IMG/VR virus record: IMGVR_UViG_3300032225_002140
Coordinates: 1 to 31,244 of that record
DNA from: a virus
Taxonomy: Duplodnaviria; Caudoviricetes
Length of the DNA stretch: 31,244 nucleotides
Strand: one strand, 5' to 3'
The notes under the pieces are model-generated. The model saw only the letters and a list, made by a program, of their open reading frames with translations. It ran no database searches and was not told the DNA's origin. Position numbers and translations under genes: made by a program. This document shows positions 17,247 through 24,752 of the stretch, piece by piece (position 1 is the stretch's first letter; each line of letters opens with the position of its first letter).

Positions 17247-17255
17247 AATAAATAT
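17247..17255 (-). promoter_or_regulatory. Phage promoter-like motif ATATTTATT upstream of the tail tube gene
   Basis: Intergenic variant, about 25 nt from the start at 17222. Confidence 0.6.
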
Positions 17256-17270
17256 TATAGAGCCATTCCC

Positions 17271-19364
17271 TTATGCAGGGAATGTAGCTCCAGTTGGTAA
17301 TATGTTGAAATTTAAGATAATAAATTCCGCAGTCTTAGTTGGTTGGATGTAAATCTGACCTACTAACTGGTTTCTATCTACTACATCAGCTGTGTTGTTT
17401 GTATCATCCATTACAACTTTGTAAGCATATAAACCTTGACGAGAAACAATTGAACTTAAGTATGGATTTACTCTAGATAAGAATGAATTTCTAGTTACTG
17501 TTGTATTTTGTTCAAATACTAATGTACGAGAAATACTTCCAATATATGCTTTTAAGGCAATTAATAAACGACGAACGTTTACTCTATCTAAAGCTGTTGC
17601 TTTACGTTGTAGTGTCTTTTGACCCCAAACACATACTCCAGTTCCTGGGAATGTAGCTAATGGGTTAACGTTTGCAGTATATAATGTATCTCTATCTGTT
17701 TGTTGTAATCTGCGTTCTGCGCGTACTACTGATGGTAAACCACCTCTATTTAAACCTGCTGGTGCGAACCACTCAGCGCCTACTTGGTCGTTGAATGCTA
17801 ATACACCACCAATTACTGTAGATGGAGGGCACCATGTAGCTTTACCTAATCCAGTTGAATATAATTGAATCCAAGGATAATATGTTGCCGCGTAATTACT
17901 TGATTGTCCTGCAGCGTTTACTGTAGCAGCGATAATTGAAGTACCATAAACACCAGCATCTGTAATTGCGATTGCATCACCTCTACCTTCAACTGTTGAA
18001 ATTGCTGTAGAAGCAGCTGCATTATCTAAACCAACACCTGGAGTTAATAATACGTTGTAACGATATTCATCTCTATTTGTTAATAAAGCTAATGCTGTTT
18101 GGTAATCAGCAGGTGCAAATCCTTGAATATTAGTTGTTGTAATATTTTCATTCATTAATTTTACAACGTTAGTTTCAGCAACACCACCTGCAAATCCACC
18201 GAAGAACTTACCGCTACCAGATCCTGGTAATGTAGTTCCGTATGAACCTGATTTAAATACTCCGTTGTTGTCTAATGAATCTACGTTTGGAGAAGTTATA
18301 GAAGAAACACGAACATATTGTGAAGCGTTTGGATAAATACCTGTAAAATTAATAAAAGCATTACTTGTTGCAGTTGCTGCAGTATATATTGGTTTTAAAT
18401 CACCAATTACACGAGAAATAAAGTTAGGTAATAATGGATCTAATGATAAATTAGCCCATGTTTCTAAAATATTTGTTTGAGAGTTATTATCATCACCTCT
18501 ACGTACTACAAGAGCAAATGTACCGTTTGAAGGGTTAACATTTGTTACTTGATATTTTACATTGTAAGCTGAACCGCTAGCTAAAGCGCCGTTTGATCCA
18601 GTTGCTAAAACTGATGCGTTATTTTGTGTATCACCCCAGTTTAATGATTCTAATTGGAATGAAACGCTACCTGTAGCTCCACCAGCAAATGCTGATGTTG
18701 TACTACCTGTAACAAATCTAAATTGATTACCAATATCTTCAAATCCACCAGCTAAACTAGCTGTTAAAGTAATAGCGGCAGATCCAAGTATTGAGGCACT
18801 AACGTAAAATTTAGTGTATAGTGAGTTAACTTTAGATACAAGGTTATTGATTGTATTAACTAAAGTTGAACCAGTAACTACATAGTAGTTAGGAGCAGCA
18901 TCTACTTGAGTAGTACTACTTGTAATGTAAAATGTACCAAATGAGTTAAAGTTATAACCATCTGAAGAACCAGATAATTGTACAGTAGCTCCATCAGTAA
19001 CTGATGTAATAAGAGCACCTGTAGTAGCTAAAGTACCTGCTGTAAGTATACTTGCGGTTGCATAAGTACCAACAGTAGATGAACCACTAACTATTCTGGT
19101 TACTAATAATGATTGTCCACCATTATTAAAATATTCTTTTGCGGCCTGCGAAGTAAGATATTCATAGTAGTAACTACCACTTTTAAATACATCACCAAAA
19201 AGTGATTGGTATTGGTTAAAGGTAGTAACGTATGTAGGCACGAAAGGACGGCCCTTTACTGTAGGTCCTACAATAGCAGCGCCTAATGCTGCAGGGGCGG
19301 TTGTGTATAAGCTTTGATCGGATTCAATCTGGAATACGCCAGGAGAAAGAATTACTTCTGCCAT
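17271..19364 (-). CDS. Tail sheath protein (contractile tail)
   Basis: N-terminal SPGVFQIESD and VGPTVKG; C-terminal YYPW, PPS, WFAPAGLNRG, VWGQKTLQ, DRVNVRRLL, FEQN and IYIQPTKTAEFI. Confidence 0.96.
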   Translation of the reverse strand: MAEVILSPGVFQIESDQSLYTTAPAALGAAIVGPTVKGRPFVPTYVTTFNQYQSLFGDVFKSGSYYYEYLTSQAAKEYFNNGGQSLLVTRIVSGSSTVGTYATASILTAGTLATTGALITSVTDGATVQLSGSSDGYNFNSFGTFYITSSTTQVDAAPNYYVVTGSTLVNTINNLVSKVNSLYTKFYVSASILGSAAITLTASLAGGFEDIGNQFRFVTGSTTSAFAGGATGSVSFQLESLNWGDTQNNASVLATGSNGALASGSAYNVKYQVTNVNPSNGTFALVVRRGDDNNSQTNILETWANLSLDPLLPNFISRVIGDLKPIYTAATATSNAFINFTGIYPNASQYVRVSSITSPNVDSLDNNGVFKSGSYGTTLPGSGSGKFFGGFAGGVAETNVVKLMNENITTTNIQGFAPADYQTALALLTNRDEYRYNVLLTPGVGLDNAAASTAISTVEGRGDAIAITDAGVYGTSIIAATVNAAGQSSNYAATYYPWIQLYSTGLGKATWCPPSTVIGGVLAFNDQVGAEWFAPAGLNRGGLPSVVRAERRLQQTDRDTLYTANVNPLATFPGTGVCVWGQKTLQRKATALDRVNVRRLLIALKAYIGSISRTLVFEQNTTVTRNSFLSRVNPYLSSIVSRQGLYAYKVVMDDTNNTADVVDRNQLVGQIYIQPTKTAEFIILNFNILPTGATFPA

Positions 19365-19405
19365 TTTATATGTATTGTTTTATTTTATTGTTTGGATTAC
19401 CTAGC

Positions 19406-19414
19406 AATAAATAT
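19406..19414 (-). promoter_or_regulatory. Phage promoter-like motif ATATTTATT upstream of the tail sheath gene
   Basis: Intergenic variant, about 42 nt from the start at 19364. Confidence 0.6.
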
Positions 19415-19449
19415 CTACAAAGCCATATAAAACGCAGAAGTTAATTAAT

Positions 19450-19725
19450 TTACAACGGAGTTATTACACCAGTCTCAATATCGATGTTACCTACACCGTA
19501 TTTTTCTTGTAGTGAAGTTACTAATGCTTTTTCTTTATCACCTAAGCTAGCGATATCAGCTAATGCGTTAGTTTTCTCATCTTCTATTAATTTTTTATTA
19601 ATTAATAGATTTTGTAATTGTGCTTCGATACTACCTAAATCAAATACAAATTTATTGTATTGTGTTTGTAGTTCTTTAATTGATTGCAGTTCTTCTGCAG
19701 TTAATTGTTTTGTTTCTTCTGACAT
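19450..19725 (-). CDS. Small coiled-coil hypothetical protein
   Basis: 91 aa with a heptad pattern, ending LQEKYGVGNIDIETG. Confidence 0.75.
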   Translation of the reverse strand: MSEETKQLTAEELQSIKELQTQYNKFVFDLGSIEAQLQNLLINKKLIEDEKTNALADIASLGDKEKALVTSLQEKYGVGNIDIETGVITPL

Positions 19726-19731
19726 AGATTT

Positions 19732-19962
19732 TTATTTTTTCCAACGTTTATCTGGGCAGGCATCGGGGCCTACAGGTGAAAATATTTTTTTACTTAATAG
19801 GCAGCCACATAAACCGCATGTATACATGTCTAATGCTTTTGTGTATGTTTTATGTTCGCATGAATCGCAAACACTTGCCCTAACCTCAGCTAATACTTTT
19901 TGTTCAGGAGTAGGGTTAGCAGCTGCAATCCATGCTTTAGCTATTTCTACTATTTTAAGCAT
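19732..19962 (-). CDS. Small Cys-rich putative metal-binding protein
   Basis: R-x3-CDSC...CGLCGC-x-L-x2-K...CP-x3-W pattern with six Cys; start overlaps the upstream stop (TAATG). Confidence 0.75.
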   Translation of the reverse strand: MLKIVEIAKAWIAAANPTPEQKVLAEVRASVCDSCEHKTYTKALDMYTCGLCGCLLSKKIFSPVGPDACPDKRWKK

Positions 19963-20198
19963 TATTTTTTAGATTTTGGCTTTGCCGCTTGTGTTGTTGG
20001 TTTTTTAGTAGCTGGAGCTTTAGTAGCTGTAGCTTTTTCTACTATTTCTTTTACTTCAGCAACTACTTTTTTAACGTCTTCAATTGGTTTTTCAATAGCG
20101 TCAGGGATGTTGTTGTTGTTTTCATCCTTAACTTTACCAGTTTTCATAGCAATGAATACTGCTACTGCAACGATGATTAGAATTACTAATACTGTCAT
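19962..20198 (-). CDS. Small membrane-anchored protein with Lys/Ala/Pro-rich tail
   Basis: N-terminal hydrophobic helix VLVILIIVAVAVFIA, a DENNNNIPD loop and a basic tail KAPATKKPTTQAAKPKSKK; ATATTTATA lies about 23 nt upstream. Confidence 0.75.
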   Translation of the reverse strand: MTVLVILIIVAVAVFIAMKTGKVKDENNNNIPDAIEKPIEDVKKVVAEVKEIVEKATATKAPATKKPTTQAAKPKSKK

Positions 20199-20220
20199 GA
20201 TTTTATTTTTATTTGTTTGA

Positions 20221-20229
20221 TATAAATAT
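20221..20229 (-). promoter_or_regulatory. Phage promoter-like motif ATATTTATA upstream of the small-ORF trio
   Basis: Intergenic, about 23 nt from the start at 20198. Confidence 0.65.
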
Positions 20230-20259
20230 ATACAAGATAATAAAAACAGCCAAACTGTT

Positions 20260-20487
20260 TTAAATATTACTTAAATAAGTTAATACTTCTATTTTAGAAG
20301 CATTATAATCAACTTCAGCTAATTCAGGCCAATTTACAGCATCTGCTGATACCATATTGTAATAATTGGGATTAATCATATGACCTAATATTTTTTGGTC
20401 ACCTTTATTTACAACGTTAGTGATTGTTTTAGCATCACTATCTAATTTAACTTGTGTTCCGTCTGGTCTTAAACGATATGTAATCAT
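20260..20487 (-). CDS. Hypothetical protein (weak paralogue of 20544..20774)
   Basis: 75 aa; shares M-x-TY...LDS...YYN...W...K-x2-V spacing with its neighbour. Confidence 0.65.
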   Translation of the reverse strand: MITYRLRPDGTQVKLDSDAKTITNVVNKGDQKILGHMINPNYYNMVSADAVNWPELAEVDYNASKIEVLTYLSNI

Positions 20488-20543
20488 AATTTATTTTTAA
20501 TATTTAAATATTATTTTTAGTAATTTACCTTTTTAATATAACA

Positions 20544-20774
20544 CTATAAATTAGTTATTACTAAATTTTTAATTGCTAAAAAAGATTCTTCATCGGAAGA
20601 ACTCCACTTTGTAGAGTCCTGTGACTCTGTTATTTTTTTGTTGTAATAAGACTCTTTTATAACGTTATTGCCACTACTTATATTTGTTGTATAGTAGACT
20701 TCAACTACTTGATAATTAGAACTGTCTAACATCATATAGACGTTTCCTGCAATGTTTTTATAATATGTTTTCAT
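20544..20774 (-). CDS. Hypothetical protein (weak paralogue of 20260..20487)
   Basis: 76 aa, same strand and similar motif spacing as its neighbour. Confidence 0.65.
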   Translation of the reverse strand: MKTYYKNIAGNVYMMLDSSNYQVVEVYYTTNISSGNNVIKESYYNKKITESQDSTKWSSSDEESFLAIKNLVITNL

Positions 20775-20793
20775 ATAATTTAAAATTTATTTT

Positions 20794-22320
20794 TTAAGGG
20801 CAAACAACATTTGAATTATCAGATACACCTGTAATGTAAGTATCAGAGGTTATATAAACAAATGAATCTACTTGTGCATCACCATATTCAGTACAGTTAT
20901 ATTGATAATCTGAAGCCCCGCCATTGACAGTAATTTGAGCTATAGCAGCATATTGAGCAACACTACCAACTTCTGTTTGTACTAAGTAACTAGGATCTAC
21001 ATTATATATGACTCCTGAATCTCCATTAGTTGTTGTATAAACTACATTTATTCCGTTAACATTAATTAACATATATCCACTTCCCGTACCGCCTATTCTA
21101 GAATAGCTCCAACCTATTGATGATAATGGTGGTGCTGTAGGCGCCGGAGTCGGACTAGGCGTTGGTGACGGAGTCGGACTAGGCGTAGGTGACGGCGTTG
21201 GTGACGGAGTCGGACTAGGCGTAGGCGCTGGTGTTGGAGCGGCGGTAGGCGCTGTTGTAGGCGCTGTTGTTGGTGCAGGCGTAGGCGATGTTGTAGGCGA
21301 CGGTGTAGGCGATGTTGTAGGCGACGGTGTAGGCGCTGTTGTAGGCGCGGTTGTTGGAGCTGTAGTTGGAGCCTTTGTCGTTGGTGCCGGTGTTGGTGCA
21401 GTTGTAGGTGCGGTAGTTGGTGCAGTCGTTGGAGCAGTCGTTGGTGCTGTTGTTGGTGCCGTTGTTGGAGCCTTTGTTGTTGGTGCCGCAGTAGGTGCCG
21501 CAGTAGGCGCTGTTGTTGGAGCAGTTGTAGGCGCTGTCGTTGGAGCAGCAGTTGTTGGGGCAGGCGTTGGCGCTGTTGTTGGTGCAGTCGTTGGAGCCGT
21601 AGTAGGTGCTACTGTTGGTGCCTTCGTTGTAGGAGCAGGCGTTGGTGCTGTTGTTGGTGCCGTTGTTGGAGCCGTTGTAGGTGCAGCAGTCGTTGGAGCT
21701 GTTGTAGGCGCCGCAGTAGGTGCTGTTGTTGGAGCCGTAGTAGGTGCCGTTGTCGGTGCTGCTGTTGTAGGTGCTGTTGTTGGAGCTGCCGTTGGTGCCG
21801 TTGTAGGCGCTGTAGTAGGCGCCGTTGTAGGTGCAGCCGTTGTTGGTGCCGTTGTAGGAGCAGCAGTCGGTGCCGTCGTTGGAGCGGTTGTTGGAGCAGT
21901 CGTTGGAGCAGCAGTCGTTGGAGCCGCCGTAGGCGCTGTTGTAGGCGCTGTTGTTGGAGCCGTTGTAGGCGCCGTAGTAGGAGCAGAAGTTGTTGGAGCA
22001 GCAGTTGTTGGTGCTGCTGTTGGAGCAGCAGTCGGTGCTGTTGTAGGCGCTGTTGTTGGTGCAGTCGTTGGTGCTGTTGTAGGAGCAGGCGTTACTACCG
22101 CTACCATATCTCGTTTAGCTAACCACGCTGCAGGCGCTTTAGCAGCTAACGTAGGAGTAGATGTACTTATATTTACATAAGTTGGAGCATTATTCTTATT
22201 TACCCACTGATTGGTAGCAGGGATAGGATTGCCTGTACCAGCAAGCACTGCTGTTGATACTGCGTTTTGTAAGTTAGTATAACTTACCCATTGACTACTA
22301 CTTAGTGCTGACCAAGGCAT
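20794..22320 (-). CDS. Putative virion surface protein with a long Pro/Thr/Ala (mucin-like) linker between two globular domains
   Basis: About 76 aa of N-terminal domain, ~320 aa of (APTT)n then (SPTP)n, and ~110 aa of beta-rich C-terminal domain; start overlaps the end of the fibre gene. Confidence 0.8.
   Translation of the reverse strand: MPWSALSSSQWVSYTNLQNAVSTAVLAGTGNPIPATNQWVNKNNAPTYVNISTSTPTLAAKAPAAWLAKRDMVAVVTPAPTTAPTTAPTTAPTTAPTAAPTAAPTTAAPTTSAPTTAPTTAPTTAPTTAPTAAPTTAAPTTAPTTAPTTAPTAAPTTAPTTAAPTTAPTTAPTTAPTAAPTTAPTTAAPTTAPTTAPTTAPTAAPTTAPTTAAPTTAPTTAPTTAPTPAPTTKAPTVAPTTAPTTAPTTAPTPAPTTAAPTTAPTTAPTTAPTAAPTAAPTTKAPTTAPTTAPTTAPTTAPTTAPTTAPTPAPTTKAPTTAPTTAPTTAPTPSPTTSPTPSPTTSPTPAPTTAPTTAPTAAPTPAPTPSPTPSPTPSPTPSPTPSPTPSPTPAPTAPPLSSIGWSYSRIGGTGSGYMLINVNGINVVYTTTNGDSGVIYNVDPSYLVQTEVGSVAQYAAIAQITVNGGASDYQYNCTEYGDAQVDSFVYITSDTYITGVSDNSNVVCP
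21127..22092 (-). repeat. Degenerate 12-nt-period coding tandem repeat (APTT/APTA/SPTP)
   Basis: The + strand is made of units such as GTTGTAGGCGCT and GTTGTTGGAGCA, varying at synonymous positions; visibly more GC-rich than the flanks. Confidence 0.95.
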
Positions 22321-23884
22321 TAATTATTTGTTTTAATTCTGCTAACTCGCGTTCTAAAGCTTGTATACGTTTTGTGTTTTCATCTATAAGTACTGTGTGT
22401 ACTTGAGTATAATCTACTGCATAAATACTACCACTACCATTTTGGTAAACAGCCTCAGGTATTAATGGTAATAACTCTTGTGCACCATACCCAAATCTTT
22501 GTAATGTTCCTTTAGAAGTATCTTTCCATGTATAAATAATTGGAGAAACACTATCTGCTATTCTATATTGAGTAAGGTCTCGTGTTACAATATCTTTAAG
22601 CGTTAAGTCAGAATCAAAACCACCTGCGGTTGCTGTAATACTACCTGTAATGATTGTGTTGCCATTTACATCTAATGTTGCATTTGGACTTGTAGTACCT
22701 ATACCTACATTACCTCCATTTTTAAATACTACTCTATAATTACTTCCATCATAAAAATATAAATCACTACTACTATTAGGAACATATATTTGCCATTTAA
22801 GAGAACTATTGAATATTTGAAATCCTGTTTCATAATTACCGACACTAGTGGCTCTTATGTATGTGTTATTTAAAGTTTTAGTTACATCTAAAATAGTTTG
22901 TGGCGATGTAATTCCTATACCAACATTACTTCCAGTAACATATAATGTATTGTTGGCATTTAATGATCCTGTTACTAATACACTTCCAGTAAATTGTTGT
23001 GTGTTTGCTGTTGAATTACCAAACACATTAGATCCAGAGCTGTATTCTACAGACGATGTTATTGTTTGTACTACTAATGTTGTTGCAGTTATAGTACCGT
23101 TTATATTAAAGCTTCCACTTACATTTAATGAACCTGTCATTATGGCACTTCCACTAATATCTAATGTACCATTTAATGATGCTTCCTTATTTATACCTAC
23201 TCTAGATTGAGATACAAATAAAGCTTTTTGTCCATATTGTCCAATACGAACTGTATTATCTGAAAATGCTTCTACTACTGGAAGACCAGCTGCTGTGTTA
23301 ACTGAGAATAATGAACCTGATAATGAATCATCTATTTGAAATAGACGGCCTGATGTACCATCTACGGTGAATACACCTGAGCCTGTACCGCGTATTCCTA
23401 ATGATGATGATACTGATGAAGATATAAATAATGAACCTGTTATTACTACAGTTTGGTTAAGTGGATTAACATAGGATGCTGTTGCAGAATATGATGCACT
23501 TACAGATGAAGATCCACTAACATAAGATGCTGTTAAAGCGTATGATGCTGTAGTAGCGTTAGATATTGAACCGCTAAAATAAGATGCACTTGTAGCATTT
23601 AAAGCATATGATGCTGTTAAAGCATAAGAAGCAGACATAGATGATGTCTGGTTACTTAATACTGCGTTTGAACCATTTATTGCTAGGCTACCTGTTATTG
23701 TTACTGAACCTGTAAATTGGTGGGTATTAGCTAGGCTGTTTCCAAATATATTACTACCACTACTATAAACAACACTTGAACTTACTGTTTGAACTACTAA
23801 TGTTTGAGCAGTTATATTACCTGTTGCAGAAATACTACCGCTTATATTTAGTGAACCTGTTATTGTGGGTGTATATAGTACCAT
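22298..23884 (-). CDS. Tail fibre protein with C-terminal peptidase S74-like intramolecular chaperone
   Basis: TGS/ASYA repeats, two GNVGIG(I/T)TSP-type motifs, then SDLTLKDI...YTWKD...GYGAQEL...PEAV...VDY and a terminal coiled coil. Confidence 0.82.
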   Translation of the reverse strand: MVLYTPTITGSLNISGSISATGNITAQTLVVQTVSSSVVYSSGSNIFGNSLANTHQFTGSVTITGSLAINGSNAVLSNQTSSMSASYALTASYALNATSASYFSGSISNATTASYALTASYVSGSSSVSASYSATASYVNPLNQTVVITGSLFISSSVSSSLGIRGTGSGVFTVDGTSGRLFQIDDSLSGSLFSVNTAAGLPVVEAFSDNTVRIGQYGQKALFVSQSRVGINKEASLNGTLDISGSAIMTGSLNVSGSFNINGTITATTLVVQTITSSVEYSSGSNVFGNSTANTQQFTGSVLVTGSLNANNTLYVTGSNVGIGITSPQTILDVTKTLNNTYIRATSVGNYETGFQIFNSSLKWQIYVPNSSSDLYFYDGSNYRVVFKNGGNVGIGTTSPNATLDVNGNTIITGSITATAGGFDSDLTLKDIVTRDLTQYRIADSVSPIIYTWKDTSKGTLQRFGYGAQELLPLIPEAVYQNGSGSIYAVDYTQVHTVLIDENTKRIQALERELAELKQIINALVSTK

Positions 23885-23897
23885 TTTTGTTGTTTTA

Positions 23898-23906
23898 TAT
23901 AAATAT
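23898..23906 (-). promoter_or_regulatory. Phage promoter-like motif ATATTTATA upstream of the S74 fibre gene
   Basis: About 14 nt from the start at 23884, abutting the upstream stop. Confidence 0.6.
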
Positions 23907-24076
23907 TATTCTATAGGAGATGCTTTATACTGTATACCTTCTGTATCAGCATTTTGTAATTCAGTTGCTTTAGCTTGTGCTTCGGCTTCATTATCAAATA
24001 TGTAATTTGGATCTTCGGGGTTTAAACGAATTATACCAAAAGGATACGGGTATTGTGCTATTATTATATATTGCAT
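23906..24076 (-). CDS. 56-aa hypothetical protein missed by the ORF track; paralogue of 28925..29119
   Basis: Hand translation: MQYIIIAQYPYPFGIIRLNPEDPNYIFDNEAEAQAKATELQNADTEGIQYKASPIE*. Confidence 0.85.
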   Translation of the reverse strand: MQYIIIAQYPYPFGIIRLNPEDPNYIFDNEAEAQAKATELQNADTEGIQYKASPIE

Positions 24077-24077
24077 A

Positions 24078-24752
24078 TTATCTTGTTATTGTTATAGGAT
24101 AGTCTGAATAAGAGTAAGACCAAATATTATGTCCATCTGTATAATCACCTGCGTATATATTTGAGTTACCATTTGCATAATAACTAATAGCATCCATAGT
24201 TACAAATGAATTTAAAATAAAATTAACATCCATGAATGAATATGTACCAGTACAGCTAGATACTCCTGTATAAAAATTTAAAGGAACATCTAATTTATAT
24301 GGTTGTCCTGCTGAAGGATACCATGATACTAAATTAACAAAGGTGCGAATTAAATTATTAGAAACAGCATTACTTAATGAATAAAAAGTTCCATTTAATC
24401 TAATTTGAAATGATTGGAATGTTCTTACTCCAGTAATAGTAGCCCATCGTATTAAAACACATACTACTCTATTTCCAGAAATTGTAGGATTAGTAGCATT
24501 AAAAGTATATGTATTTGTTCCTGCTAAAAATTGTTGAGCAGTATATGAACCTCTATTAGCATGATCAAGATAAACTGGGGGTAAATTTTGACTAAGTGGT
24601 TGATTACTATTTCCATTATAGGTCCAGTTTGGATTGGATGCTGGTGTGTTTCCTCTATATATTTTATTGTTGTAAGCACTAGTAGTTGTATTTAAAGAAC
24701 CATCTCCTAAATACAATGGGCGTAAAGAATCTCCGTATACTAATGCACTCAT
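24078..24752 (-). CDS. Hypothetical protein in the fibre cluster (putative receptor-binding or accessory virion protein)
   Basis: The likely start ATG at 24752 (MSALVYG) overlaps the upstream stop (TAATG); Asn/Tyr/Thr-rich, beta-type composition. Confidence 0.65.
   Translation of the reverse strand: MSALVYGDSLRPLYLGDGSLNTTTSAYNNKIYRGNTPASNPNWTYNGNSNQPLSQNLPPVYLDHANRGSYTAQQFLAGTNTYTFNATNPTISGNRVVCVLIRWATITGVRTFQSFQIRLNGTFYSLSNAVSNNLIRTFVNLVSWYPSAGQPYKLDVPLNFYTGVSSCTGTYSFMDVNFILNSFVTMDAISYYANGNSNIYAGDYTDGHNIWSYSYSDYPITITR

Noticed and set aside
7510-19364. Bacterial extracellular contractile injection system or tailocin
   Set aside because: The tail genes are contiguous with a phage-type replisome (gp32-like SSB, UvsX/RecA, gp41-like helicase, NrdJ) and share one promoter motif, which fits a phage genome. 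Capsid genes are presumably outside the window.
21127-22092. CRISPR array or non-coding satellite
   Set aside because: There is no repeat-spacer structure; variation falls at third codon positions of an uninterrupted ORF.
12943-23430. TATAAATA matches inside coding regions (12943, 22531, 23423)
   Set aside because: They are not near start codons, lack the following T of the intergenic consensus, and are expected by chance in AT-rich DNA.
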